A stretch of DNA of 64,000 bases, from positions 394,698-458,697 of the forward strand of contig JBPRGF010000033.1 of assembly GCA_051418015.1 (NCBI GenBank), in the 5' to 3' direction. Origin of the DNA: Candidatus Nitrospinota bacterium M3_3B_026. Lineage in GTDB: Bacteria; Nitrospinota_A; UBA7883; JBPRGF01. Both the position numbers and the translations under genes were made by a program. The number at the start of each line of letters is the position of its first letter. The stretch's first letter is position 1. Shown in pieces: positions 1 to 9,967 of this stretch. Below the pieces are notes generated by a model. It was given only the letters and a program-made list of their open reading frames with translations. It was not told the origin of the DNA and searched no databases.

Positions 1-99
1 TTGCATATAATTTGATCTTAATTAGCGCTAATTGTATCAGTTTTTGGTTAAAATGAAAGCCTTTTTTCGGTAATTATATACAATTGGCGCCAGTTAGTA

Positions 100-141
100 T
101 AAAAAGATCGAAAATTTCAAGGGCCGACGGCCCCGGTGGGG
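100..141 (-). terminator. putative stem-loop (GGGCC-GAC-GGCCC at 121-133) downstream of the minus-strand accB-accC-MBL operon
   Basis: Inverted repeat seen directly after the stop of the 170..931 gene; the T-run on the transcribed strand is interrupted (TTGAAATTTTCG), so this is a weak intrinsic terminator. Confidence 0.25.
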
Positions 142-169
142 AAATGGCGAGCCGGGCGGAACGGGGTTT

Positions 170-931
170 TTATCTTACGGTGAGCCTCATTCCGTCCTCG
201 CCCACGACGATCTCGCCTTCGTAGCCCGCGGCGCGGACGGCGTCAGCCGCTATGGCGGTATCCACCTCGGGGTAGAAATGGGTCAGCGCCATTTTTTTCG
301 CGCTGGACTCGGCGCCGACCCTGGCGGCCTCCGACGGCGTCAGGTGCCCTTCCATTCCACGCCCGTCCGGGCTCGAGCATTCGATCAGCAGCAGGTCCGC
401 CTCCCTGGCAAGCTCCACGATCTCGCCGCAGTAGCCCGTGTCGCCTGAGTAGGCGAAGACGGGGCCGCCGTCTTTTTCGAACCGGTATCCCAGGGCGTTC
501 GCCCCATGGGCCACCGGCAGGGAGCGGATAGACCCGCCGGGGATTTCAAGCGATGTCTCCCACATCTCCACTATCTTAACATCGTAATCGTCCGACAATA
601 TCCACTGGCCGTAGACCTCCAGAAGCTTTTCGTAGACAACCTTGAAGCCTTCCGGCGCTATTATTTTCACGCCCCGCTTCTGGGCGGCCGGCTGGCAGTT
701 TTTATAGCTGAAAAGGTATGGCATAAGGTCCGAGCAGTGGTCCAGATGGTGGTGGGTGATAACAATCGCCTCGACGCTGAAGGGGTCTATCCCCGCCGCG
801 GCCATGCGGCCGAGCGCCCCCGGGCCAGGGTCGATCAGGAACCTGGACGGCCCGGCGGAAAGGAAGTAGCAGGCAGGCGTCCTGGACGGGCTGGGAGCGC
901 ACGTCCCCGTCCCCAGCAGCGCAAGCTCCAT
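170..931 (-). CDS. MBL-fold metallo-hydrolase (beta-lactamase superfamily)
   Basis: 253-aa ORF with the HxHxDH motif (ITHHHLDHCSD) and later His/Asp ligands; its ATG overlaps the accC stop by 1 nt (TGATG). Confidence 0.75.
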   Translation of the reverse strand: MELALLGTGTCAPSPSRTPACYFLSAGPSRFLIDPGPGALGRMAAAGIDPFSVEAIVITHHHLDHCSDLMPYLFSYKNCQPAAQKRGVKIIAPEGFKVVYEKLLEVYGQWILSDDYDVKIVEMWETSLEIPGGSIRSLPVAHGANALGYRFEKDGGPVFAYSGDTGYCGEIVELAREADLLLIECSSPDGRGMEGHLTPSEAARVGAESSAKKMALTHFYPEVDTAIAADAVRAAGYEGEIVVGEDGMRLTVR

Positions 932-2277
932 CAGCGTCCCGCCAGGAGGCGCTCCAGGGAGCCTGTGTGGTAGCGGCCCGTCAAAAAATCCTCGGAGCCG
1001 ATGACGTCCAGGCTCAGGGGTATGGTGGTCTTGATCCCGGCGATGTGAAACTCCGACAGGGCCCTGTTCATCTTGGTCAGCGCTTCGTCCCTGTCTATGC
1101 CGTGGACTATGAGCTTGGCGATCAGCGAATCGTAGTACGGCAGAACGTCGCAGTCGTTGTAGAGGGCGGTGTCCACCCGCACCCCCGGCCCGCCGGGGAT
1201 GTTCAGCCCCGTGACGCGCCCGGCGCAGGGCGCCCCCTTGTATGGGTCCTCCGCGTTAACCCTGCACTCGATGCTGTGGCCGTATATCTTGATGTCCTCC
1301 TGCCGGTACCGCAGGTTCTCGCCCGCGGCGATGCGTATCTGCTCCTTGACAAGGTCCAGCCCCGTCACGCATTCCGTCACCGTGTGCTCCACCTGTATCC
1401 TGGTGTTCATCTCGATGAAATAGAAGTCCCCCTCCTCCCTGTCGAGCAGAAACTCCACCGTGCCCAGGCTGTGATACCCTATGTGGCCGACGAGCTTTAT
1501 GGCGCTTTCTTCCATCCGCTCCCTGACCCCGTCGTCGATCCCCGGCGCCGGGGCCTCCTCGATCAGCTTCTGGTGCCGGCGCTGGATGGAGCAGTCCCTC
1601 TCGCCCAGGTGGACGACCTCCCCGTGGGTGTCGGCCATCACCTGTATCTCTATGTGCTTGGGGTCTTTTATGTATTTTTCCAGGTAGATCCCAGGGTCGC
1701 CGAAAGCCGTCGCCGCCTCGGACCGGACAACGTCAAAAGCCGACCGCAGCTCCCTCTCCCCCCACAGGACCCGCATCCCGCGCCCGCCGCCGCCCGCCGC
1801 GGCTTTCAGCATCAGCGGGTAGCCTATTTCTTCCGCCACCGAGACGGCCTCGTCGAGCGTGTTGACGTTGCCCTTCGAGCCGGGGATCACCGGCACGCCG
1901 CAATCCCGCGCCGTGGCCCGGGCCACGGACTTGTGGCCCATGTCATCGATATGCTTTGGGGCGGGGCCGATGAACGTGATGTTGCAGGACCTGCACACCT
2001 CGGCGAAGCTCGCGTTCTCCGCCAGGTATCCATAGCCGGGGTGTATGGCGTCCGCGTCGGTCACCTCCGCGGCGCTTATGATGGCCGGGACGTTCAGGTA
2101 GCTTTCGGAGCTTCGCGGACCGCCTATACAGACCGACTTGTCAGCGAAACGCACGTGCAGGGCGCGCTCGTCGGCCGTGGAATGGACGGCGACGGTCTCT
2201 ATCCCCAGCTCCTTGCAGGCGCGGATCACCCTTATGGCTATCTCGCCGCGGTTGGCTATCAGTATTCTTTTGAACAT
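931..2277 (-). CDS. accC: acetyl-CoA carboxylase biotin carboxylase subunit
   Basis: 448 aa; N-term MFKRILIANRGEIAIRVIRACKELGIETVAVHS is typical of the biotin carboxylase ATP-grasp family; sits downstream of accB. Confidence 0.93.
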   Translation of the reverse strand: MFKRILIANRGEIAIRVIRACKELGIETVAVHSTADERALHVRFADKSVCIGGPRSSESYLNVPAIISAAEVTDADAIHPGYGYLAENASFAEVCRSCNITFIGPAPKHIDDMGHKSVARATARDCGVPVIPGSKGNVNTLDEAVSVAEEIGYPLMLKAAAGGGGRGMRVLWGERELRSAFDVVRSEAATAFGDPGIYLEKYIKDPKHIEIQVMADTHGEVVHLGERDCSIQRRHQKLIEEAPAPGIDDGVRERMEESAIKLVGHIGYHSLGTVEFLLDREEGDFYFIEMNTRIQVEHTVTECVTGLDLVKEQIRIAAGENLRYRQEDIKIYGHSIECRVNAEDPYKGAPCAGRVTGLNIPGGPGVRVDTALYNDCDVLPYYDSLIAKLIVHGIDRDEALTKMNRALSEFHIAGIKTTIPLSLDVIGSEDFLTGRYHTGSLERLLAGR

Positions 2278-2321
2278 GGCGGGCGGGGGGCCTTTTCAGT
2301 CTTTGCGAAAAAGAGCGGCCC

Positions 2322-2765
2322 TCAGGCCGGCTCCACCTCGAAAAGCGGCTCGCCGAACTCCACCGGCTTGCCGTTTTCCGGGAATATCCTGACGACCTTC
2401 CCCGATATGTCGCTTTCTATCTCGTTCATGAGCTTCATGGCCTCTATTATGCAAAGGACGTCGCCTTTTCTCACGGTGTCCCCCTCGTCCACGAAGGGCG
2501 GACTGGTCGGCGAAGGGGCGCGGTAGAACGTGCCCACCATGGGTGATTTTATGACGTGGCCTGATGGCTCCGCCTCGGCCTTCGCCTCCATGGCCGGCTC
2601 TGGCTCGCGGGCGGCCGGAGGGGGCGCTGGTTGCGCCTGCGGAACGAAGTGGATGTTTTCTCCCTTCTTCAGACGTACGCGCCATCCCTCCTGTTCAAGC
2701 TCCAGCTCGGACATCTCGCTGTTCTCGAACAGCTTTACAAGCTTTTTAAGCTCGGAAAGGTTCAT
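2322..2765 (-). CDS. accB: acetyl-CoA carboxylase biotin carboxyl carrier protein
   Basis: 147 aa; C-terminal biotinyl domain with [10 protein letters not shown] (biotinyl-lysine in the AMKM motif) and a Pro/Ala linker. Confidence 0.9.
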   Translation of the reverse strand: MNLSELKKLVKLFENSEMSELELEQEGWRVRLKKGENIHFVPQAQPAPPPAAREPEPAMEAKAEAEPSGHVIKSPMVGTFYRAPSPTSPPFVDEGDTVRKGDVLCIIEAMKLMNEIESDISGKVVRIFPENGKPVEFGEPLFEVEPA

Positions 2766-2961
2766 GACTATCCCGTTTCGTGTTCGATTTTTCCAAATCC
2801 CCCGCCTCGGCGCGAAGGCGGCGTTATTTTAACTTTTATCGGGCGCGAATGGAAGCGAATCGGGATAATAAACCCTGATTCCCGGTTAATAGGTGGAGAA
2901 AAGTGAGTTGTCACGCTAACAGAGATTTTCTCGCTTTCACATCCTCTCCCTCGACGGGGGA

Positions 2962-3047
2962 GGACTGAGGTGGGGGCGTTATTTAATTTTTTCTCCTCCC
3001 CTTTTTCCCCTCCCTCCGGGGGAGGGGATGAGACGCTTATCCGGGAA
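2962..3047. repeat. two related C-rich/G-rich hairpins (cctctccc-tcgac-gggggagg at about 2963-2983; cccctccc-tccgg-gggagggg at 3027-3047) in the accB/gpmI intergenic region
   Basis: Imperfect inverted repeats sharing a CTCCC...GGGGGAGG core, seen directly in the divergent intergenic region. Confidence 0.3.
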
Positions 3048-3169
3048 TCAGGAGATAATAAACGTTCAGACGGCTGATCCTCGGCGCGGAGCGGACGGCG
3101 TTGACGCCCAGGGGCGCGAGGGGTAGAGTTTACGGACGAAACGGAAAACACGAAAGCCGGGAAAACGAT

Positions 3170-4693
3170 ATGGAAAAAAGACTTCTCCTGCTCATCCTCG
3201 ACGGATGGGGAATCTCCGATAAAAAGGAATGGAACGCCATTGAAAAAGGCGACACGCCGGTCCTCGACAGGTTGAACAAAGAGAATCCGTATACGCTCGT
3301 CCACGCCTCCGAAGAGGAGGTGGGCCTTCCCGCCGGGCAGATGGGCAACTCCGAGGTGGGGCATCTGAACATCGGCGCGGGACGCGTCGTATACCAGGAT
3401 TTTTTGAGGATCACCAAGGCCATCGAGGACGGGGCCATATACGATAACGAGAAACTGAAGGGCGCGGCCATGAGGGCCGCAGAGAAAAACTCCGCCCTCC
3501 ATTTCCTCGGCCTGCTCTCCGACGGCGGGGTCCACAGCCACATCGGCCACCTGGAGGCTTTGCTGGACCTGGCAAAGAGCGTCGGGGCCTCCAAGGTCTT
3601 CGTCCATGCCTTCATGGACGGCAGGGACACATCCCCCACCGCCGGGGTGAAATACATAAAACGTCTCGAGGGCCACATGAGCCGCGCCGGGGTGGGAGCG
3701 ATCGCCACCGTCCAGGGAAGGTTCTACGCCATGGACCGCGACAGGCGCTGGGACAGGGTGGAGAAAGCCTACAACCTCATGGTCCGCGGCGAGGGCCACA
3801 GGTTCGAATCCGCCGTCGAGGCCGTCCGGTCGGGCTATGAGCACGGCGTGACCGACGAGTTCATCGAGCCGAGCGTGATAGTGGACGGCGACGGAGAGCC
3901 GAAGGGACTTATAGGAGACGGCGACGAGGTGATCATGTTCAACTTCCGCGCCGACAGGATGAGGCAGATCGTCCACGCCCTTTACGACCCGTCGTTCCAC
4001 GAGTTCCGGCGCGATCCCCGGCCGGAAGTCAACGTGACCTGCCTGACTGAATACGACGCCACCTTCGGCCTGCCTGCGGCCTTCGAGCCCGCGGCGCCGA
4101 AACGCGGCCTGGGGCAGGTCTTGTCGGAAAACAACGTCCCCCAGCTTCGGACGGCGGAGACGGAAAAATACGCCCACGTCACCTTCTTTTTCAACGGCGG
4201 CGTGGAGAAGCCATTCCAGGGCGAAAGCAGAAAGCTTATCGCATCGCCGCACGTCAGGACTTACGACCTGAAGCCGGAGATGAGCTGCCCGGAGGTCACG
4301 GACACGATCATAGCCGCCCTGAAGTCTGGAGAATACGGGGTGATAATCGCAAACCTGGCCAACGGCGACATGGTGGGGCACACCGGGGTGTGGGAGGCGG
4401 CCCTGAAAGCGGTCAACGTCGTCGACCAGAGCGTTGGCCGAGTCATAAAAGCGTGCGAAGAGACCGGGGTGGAGCTTTTAATCACGGCCGATCATGGCAA
4501 CATCGAAACGATGAAAGTGGACGGCGAACCCATGACGGCGCACACCACGAACCCCGTTCCCTTCTATTACATAGGCCCCGGCTCGTACAAAAAACGCGAA
4601 GGCGGCCGCCTTGCGGACATCGCGCCGACGATGCTGAAGCTTCTGGGCCTGCCCAAGCCGGACGACATGACCGGCGAGCCCCTGCTTGTCTGA
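3170..4693 (+). CDS. gpmI: 2,3-bisphosphoglycerate-independent phosphoglycerate mutase
   Basis: Start placed at MEKRLLLLILDGWG (canonical iPGM N-terminus); the ORF-track start at 3101 is upstream garbage; about 507 aa. Confidence 0.9.
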   Translation: MEKRLLLLILDGWGISDKKEWNAIEKGDTPVLDRLNKENPYTLVHASEEEVGLPAGQMGNSEVGHLNIGAGRVVYQDFLRITKAIEDGAIYDNEKLKGAAMRAAEKNSALHFLGLLSDGGVHSHIGHLEALLDLAKSVGASKVFVHAFMDGRDTSPTAGVKYIKRLEGHMSRAGVGAIATVQGRFYAMDRDRRWDRVEKAYNLMVRGEGHRFESAVEAVRSGYEHGVTDEFIEPSVIVDGDGEPKGLIGDGDEVIMFNFRADRMRQIVHALYDPSFHEFRRDPRPEVNVTCLTEYDATFGLPAAFEPAAPKRGLGQVLSENNVPQLRTAETEKYAHVTFFFNGGVEKPFQGESRKLIASPHVRTYDLKPEMSCPEVTDTIIAALKSGEYGVIIANLANGDMVGHTGVWEAALKAVNVVDQSVGRVIKACEETGVELLITADHGNIETMKVDGEPMTAHTTNPVPFYYIGPGSYKKREGGRLADIAPTMLKLLGLPKPDDMTGEPLLV

Positions 4694-4700
4694 AAGCCAT

Positions 4701-4718
4701 CGCCGCCTGGAGGCGGCG
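4701..4718. terminator. hairpin CGCCGCC-TGGA-GGCGGCG between the convergent gpmI and asd genes (possible bidirectional terminator)
   Basis: 7-bp GC stem with a 4-nt loop, 8 nt after the gpmI stop and 18 nt after the asd stop; no clear U-tract. Confidence 0.3.
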
Positions 4719-4735
4719 GGCGGCGGCCCCCTGCC

Positions 4736-5746
4736 CTACTCTTCCAGGAGCCCTTCGGCGATCTGGACAGCGTTCAGCGCGGCGCCTTTGCGGATGTTGT
4801 CCGCCACGACCCACATGTCCAGCCCGTTGGCGACGGTTTCGTCCTCCCGGATCCTCCCCACAAAGACGGGATCCTTGCCAGCTGCGTCGACAGGCGTCGG
4901 GTATTTCAGCTCGTCGGGGTCGTCGATAACCTCCACGCCGGACGCTTTTGACAGAATCTTTCGCGCCTCGGCGGCGCTGATGGGCCGCTCGAACTCGACG
5001 TTCACGGCCTCCCCGTGGCCGTAGAAGACCGGCACGCGGACGCAGGTCGCGGTGACCTTGATCGAGTCGTCCTCCATGATCTTTTTCGTCTCGTTGACCA
5101 TTTTCAGCTCTTCCTTCGTACTCCCGCCTTCCATGAAGTCGTCGATGTGAGGCAGAAGGTTGAAGGCTATCTGGCGCGGATACGCCTTCGGCTCGATCTC
5201 CTTGAAGCTGAAGATGTCGCGGGTCTGGCTCGAAAGCTCCTCCATCGCCCCCTTGCCGGAGCCGGAGACGGACTGGTAGGTGCTTACCACCACCCGCCTG
5301 ATCTTCGCCTCGTCATGGAGCGGTTTCAGCGCCACGACCATCTGGATCGTCGAGCAGTTGGGGTTGGCGATGATCCCGCTGTGATGGCGGATCATATGCG
5401 GGTTCACCTCCGGCACGACCAGCGGCACGTCGTATTCCATGCGGAACGCGCTGGAGTTGTCGATCACCACTGCGCCCGCGTCCACGGCCGACGGGGCGAA
5501 CTCGCGGCTTCGCGCCGCCCCGGCGGAAAAGAGCGCTATGTCTATCCCCTCGAAGGAGTCATGGGAAAGCTCCTCTACGGTGTACTCATCGCCCTTTAAC
5601 GTGACCGAGGATCCCGCCGAGCGGCTCGACGCCAGCGGACGCAGAACGCCCACGGGGAAATTCCGCTGCTCCAGTATCCTTATCATCTCCTCGCCGACGG
5701 CGCCCGTGGCCCCGGCGACGGCGACGTTTACCAGGTTTTTTGTCAT
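4736..5746 (-). CDS. asd: aspartate-semialdehyde dehydrogenase
   Basis: 336 aa; NAD-binding VAVAGATGAVG N-terminus and the active-site Cys region IIANPNCSTIQM. Confidence 0.92.
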   Translation of the reverse strand: MTKNLVNVAVAGATGAVGEEMIRILEQRNFPVGVLRPLASSRSAGSSVTLKGDEYTVEELSHDSFEGIDIALFSAGAARSREFAPSAVDAGAVVIDNSSAFRMEYDVPLVVPEVNPHMIRHHSGIIANPNCSTIQMVVALKPLHDEAKIRRVVVSTYQSVSGSGKGAMEELSSQTRDIFSFKEIEPKAYPRQIAFNLLPHIDDFMEGGSTKEELKMVNETKKIMEDDSIKVTATCVRVPVFYGHGEAVNVEFERPISAAEARKILSKASGVEVIDDPDELKYPTPVDAAGKDPVFVGRIREDETVANGLDMWVVADNIRKGAALNAVQIAEGLLEE

Positions 5747-5750
5747 GCGT

Positions 5751-6827
<1,077 letters not shown>

Positions 6828-6839
6828 CTTTAATATCCT

Positions 6840-7155
6840 CCCAAAAAGGAAAACAGTGTATCAGGTTGTCTCGAGCCGATGCAACGGTTATGGCGCGGAA
6901 GAATATTATTGCGGAATAACCCTCGAAATAACAGCCAGATACTGCTTATTTTTAAGCCAATATATTATGCTATAAGATTTATTTGACTGAAATCATGGGC
7001 CTTAGCTTTCATTATTTACATTAATTTATCATAATTGTCTTATAGTTATATGCTTTGCTTAATTAACTGTATGTAATTTATCTTGACTTCTTTGGTCAAT
7101 AGGCTATGCTGGGGATGTGGACATTTGATCACTTTTTATTTTTCATTAATGTTTT
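6840..7155. promoter_or_regulatory. about 320-bp AT-rich divergent intergenic region between leuB (-) and an XRE regulator (+), with sigma-70-like TTGACT / TTGATC-N17-TAATGT elements
   Basis: Sharp local drop in GC (long runs such as ttatttacattaatttatcataattgtcttatagttatatgc) inside an otherwise ~65% GC window; candidate -35/-10 hexamers lie just upstream of the 7156 ATG. Confidence 0.4.
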
Positions 7156-7389
7156 ATGAGAACGATGGCCAAAGAGATCAACCGGAAGAAGATGAAGGCC
7201 CCGAACAGGGTCAAGGAATACCGCGACAACCTGATGATGTCGAAAGCGGAGCTTGCCCGCAAGGCCGGCATTTCCGTGCAGACCCTGAACAGGATCGAGC
7301 GCGGCGAGGTCTGCCGTGTCGACACGCAGCGGAAAATCCTGGAAGCCCTGAACCTGAAGGTGGAGGAGAAGGACAAAATCTTCGGTTAG
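7156..7389 (+). CDS. XRE-family helix-turn-helix transcriptional regulator (small, 77 aa)
   Basis: HTH segment MSKAELARKAGISVQTLNRIERGE is typical of Cro/C1-type HTH_3; it follows the AT-rich island. Confidence 0.7.
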   Translation: MRTMAKEINRKKMKAPNRVKEYRDNLMMSKAELARKAGISVQTLNRIERGEVCRVDTQRKILEALNLKVEEKDKIFG

Positions 7390-7441
7390 CCCGGGCTTTC
7401 CTTCCATTGCGCCTCCTTCGGACCAGAAGCCTATTCCCCTT

Positions 7442-7461
7442 GGCGGGGGAACCCCCTTTTC
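7442..7461 (+). terminator. weak GGGGG-AA-CCCCC hairpin followed by TTTT after the XRE gene
   Basis: Short 5-bp stem plus T4 run about 55 nt after the stop; marginal. Confidence 0.2.
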
Positions 7462-7534
7462 AGATGTTCGGATGAAATATCCTCTTTAACATACGCTTTG
7501 GGATCGAGTATCATTCCCTTCTGGTTTTTTGAAA

Positions 7535-8662
7535 ATGAAAATACCTTTTACCGACATCAAGGCGCAATTCGCGAGGGTCGAGAAGAACGTCCGCGAGAGA
7601 GTCGACCGGGTTTTCGAGCACGGGCGGTTCATCCTCGGGCCCGAAGTCTTCGAGCTGGAAGAGAAGCTTGCCGATTACGCCGGTGTGAAGCGCGCCGTGG
7701 CCTGTTCTTCGGGAACCGACGCGCTGCTCCTGCCGCTGATGGCCATCGGCGCAGGGCCGGGCGACGCTGTGTTTTGCCCGGTGTTCACCTTCATCGCCAC
7801 GGCGGAGGCGGCAGCCCTGACAGGCGCCACTCCGGTCTTCGTCGATATCGACCCGGACACCTTCAACATCGACCCCGGGAAGCTGGCCGAAGCCGTGGAC
7901 AGGGTGAAAAGGGAGGGAAAGCTTGCGCCCAGGGCGGTGATCCCCGTGGACCTTTTCGGCCTGCCGGCCGACTACGATGCCATCGCGCAGGTGGCGAGGG
8001 AGACCGGGCTTTTCGTTCTGGCGGACGCGGCGCAAAGCTTCGGCGGCGTTTATAAGGGAAAGCGGGCCGGAAGCCTTGGGGACGCCGCGGCGACGAGCTT
8101 TTTCCCCGCCAAGCCGCTCGGATGCTACGGCGACGGGGGGGCGGTTTTCACCGACGATGACAAGCTGGCCGACAGGCTTGTCTCCATCCGCGTCCACGGC
8201 CAGGGAGAGAACAAGTACGACAACGTGAGGCTCGGCCTCAACGCCAGGCTGGACACCATACAGGCGGCCGTGCTGCTGGCCAGGCTGGAGGTTTTCGACG
8301 ACGAGGTGGAAAAACGCCGCGAGGTGGCGGACCGCTACACGGAGGCCCTGGGGGACGCCGTGAAAACGCCCTCCGTCCCCGGCGGTCTGAAGAGCGCCTG
8401 GGCGCAGTATTCGGTCCTGTCCGGGCGGCGGGACGAGATGACGGATAACCTTGCGCGGGAAGGGATACCAACCGCGATCTACTATCCGAAACCTTTAAGT
8501 CTCCAAAAAGCTTTCGAGCGGCTGGGGCGCCGTGAGGGCGATTTCCCGGTGGCCGAGGCGACGTCGAAAAATATCCTCAGCCTGCCCATGAGCCCTTACA
8601 TGGCGAAGGAGACTATAGACGTCATCGCGGACGCCGTAAGGAGGGCCGCCCGCGCGGGATGA
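7535..8662 (+). CDS. DegT/DnrJ/EryC1/StrS-family PLP-dependent sugar aminotransferase
   Basis: About 375 aa; family-typical N-terminus (IPFTDIKAQF...GRFILGPEV.ELE) and PLP-lysine region FFPAKPLGCYGDGGAVFT; ATG at 7535 preferred over the TTG at 7529. Confidence 0.85.
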   Translation: MKIPFTDIKAQFARVEKNVRERVDRVFEHGRFILGPEVFELEEKLADYAGVKRAVACSSGTDALLLPLMAIGAGPGDAVFCPVFTFIATAEAAALTGATPVFVDIDPDTFNIDPGKLAEAVDRVKREGKLAPRAVIPVDLFGLPADYDAIAQVARETGLFVLADAAQSFGGVYKGKRAGSLGDAAATSFFPAKPLGCYGDGGAVFTDDDKLADRLVSIRVHGQGENKYDNVRLGLNARLDTIQAAVLLARLEVFDDEVEKRREVADRYTEALGDAVKTPSVPGGLKSAWAQYSVLSGRRDEMTDNLAREGIPTAIYYPKPLSLQKAFERLGRREGDFPVAEATSKNILSLPMSPYMAKETIDVIADAVRRAARAG

Positions 8663-8680
8663 CGCGCCTCCGGCTGGCGG

Positions 8681-9298
8681 TTATTCGCCTTTGAGCTTCG
8701 CGCCCAGGATACTCCTGGACCTCAAAAGCTCCACGACCATGTCCGCGCATTCGTCAACCGTCAGCTTGTCCGTATCCAGGACCAGCTCCGGCTTCAGGGG
8801 CTCTTCGTATGGGGAGGATATGCCGGTGAATTCCGATATCTCGCCTGCGCGGGCGCGTTTGTACAACCCCTTGACATCCCTTTTTTCACAGACTTCCAGA
8901 GGACAGCGGCAATAGACCTCGAAAAACTCCCCGTGGGGAACCATGCTTCTCACTCTCTCCCTGTCCGAGCGATAAGGGGAGATGAAAGAAGCGAAGGTCA
9001 GCACACCCGCCTCAAGGAAAAGCTTGGCCCCCTCCCCAATGCGCCTGAGGTTCTCGTGACGGTCCTCGGCTGTGAAACCGAGGTCCGAGCAAAGCCCGTG
9101 GCGGACATTGTCGCCGTCCATGACGAAGGTATGGCAGCCCATCTTGTGGAGCTTCTCCTCCGTGGCGTGGGATATTGTGGATTTGCCCGCCCCGGAAAGG
9201 CCAGTAAGCCACACTATCGCGCTCTTGTGCCCGTGCAGGTTTTCCCTGTCTTCGCGTTTCACCGTGGCGTGATGCCAGACCGTGTTTTCGCTCGCCAC
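8681..9298 (-). CDS. cysC: adenylyl-sulfate (APS) kinase
   Basis: 205 aa; P-loop LTGLSGAGKSTI and APS-kinase core (FISPYRSDRERVR). Confidence 0.9.
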   Translation of the reverse strand: MASENTVWHHATVKREDRENLHGHKSAIVWLTGLSGAGKSTISHATEEKLHKMGCHTFVMDGDNVRHGLCSDLGFTAEDRHENLRRIGEGAKLFLEAGVLTFASFISPYRSDRERVRSMVPHGEFFEVYCRCPLEVCEKRDVKGLYKRARAGEISEFTGISSPYEEPLKPELVLDTDKLTVDECADMVVELLRSRSILGAKLKGE

Positions 9299-9423
9299 CT
9301 GATAAATCTCCCAGCAATTGAAGGTTTGCGATGCTGTAAATCAGCATAATTCAAAAGGTTAGGTCGGGCAAGGATAGCACGGTCCCGGCGAGGGTGTCAA
9401 CATTTTACCCCCTTTGCTCCGGG

Positions 9424-9451
9424 CGTTCGTCCCGGCGGGCCGGGACGAACG
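9424..9451 (-). terminator. 12-bp perfect hairpin (CGTTCGTCCCGG-cggg-CCGGGACGAACG) abutting the msrB stop codon
   Basis: Inverted repeat seen directly; no U-tract on the transcribed strand; a partial third copy of the arm (TTCGTCCC) lies inside the msrB 3' end. Confidence 0.3.
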
Positions 9452-9967
9452 TCACTCCCGCCCTTCGTCCCCGCCGGGGATGAACCGCAGGGCGACGCCG
9501 TTGTTGCAGTAGCGTTTGCCCGTGGGAGGCGGGCCATCGTTGAACACGTGCCCCTGGTGGCCGCCGCAACGGGCGCAGTGATACTCCCTCCGGGGGTATA
9601 TCAGCTTGAAGTCGAGCCTGGTCTCCACGTTGCCCTCGACGGCCCTGAAAAAGCTCGGCCACCCGGTTCCGCTGTCATACTTCATCTCCGAGGTGAAAAG
9701 CTCCAGACCGCAGGCGGCGCAGACGTAGATACCTTCTCGTTTTTCGTCGTGAAGCGGGCTAGAAAAAGCCCTCTCCGTCCCCTCTTCGCGCAGGACATGA
9801 TACTGCTCGGGGGTCAGTATCTTTTTCCATTCCTCGTCCGTCTTGCGGATTCTTGTTATCATCCGGCCCTCGCCTTCATTTTCCGCCATGGAGCCCCCGG
9901 CCGTCATGACGACCAGCCCTGACCCCAATGCTACCAGAAAAGCTCTTCTATTCATCATGGCCGTCAC
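9452..9967 (-). CDS. msrB: peptide-methionine (R)-S-oxide reductase MsrB with a twin-arginine (Tat) signal peptide
   Basis: 171 aa; N-terminus MTAMMNRRAFLVALGSGLVVMTAGGSMA (RRxFL Tat motif); zinc-ribbon CxxC pairs (CAACG...CARCG) and the catalytic region RYCNNGVALRF. Confidence 0.9.
   Translation of the reverse strand: MTAMMNRRAFLVALGSGLVVMTAGGSMAENEGEGRMITRIRKTDEEWKKILTPEQYHVLREEGTERAFSSPLHDEKREGIYVCAACGLELFTSEMKYDSGTGWPSFFRAVEGNVETRLDFKLIYPRREYHCARCGGHQGHVFNDGPPPTGKRYCNNGVALRFIPGGDEGRE

Noticed and set aside
967-2526. 519-aa plus-strand ORF antisense to accC/accB
   Set aside because: Same reasoning: antisense shadow ORF in high-GC sequence with no domain signature.
2768-4381. 537-aa ORF on the minus strand opposite gpmI
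   Set aside because: Antisense to a strongly supported gene; no recognisable motifs; Arg/Gly/Pro-rich composition typical of spurious open frames in high-GC DNA.
7156-8662. Small XRE HTH gene plus a downstream gene as a toxin-antitoxin pair
   Set aside because: The downstream gene is a full-length DegT-family PLP aminotransferase, not a toxin fold; the spacing (140 nt, separate terminator-like hairpin) argues against a TA bicistron.
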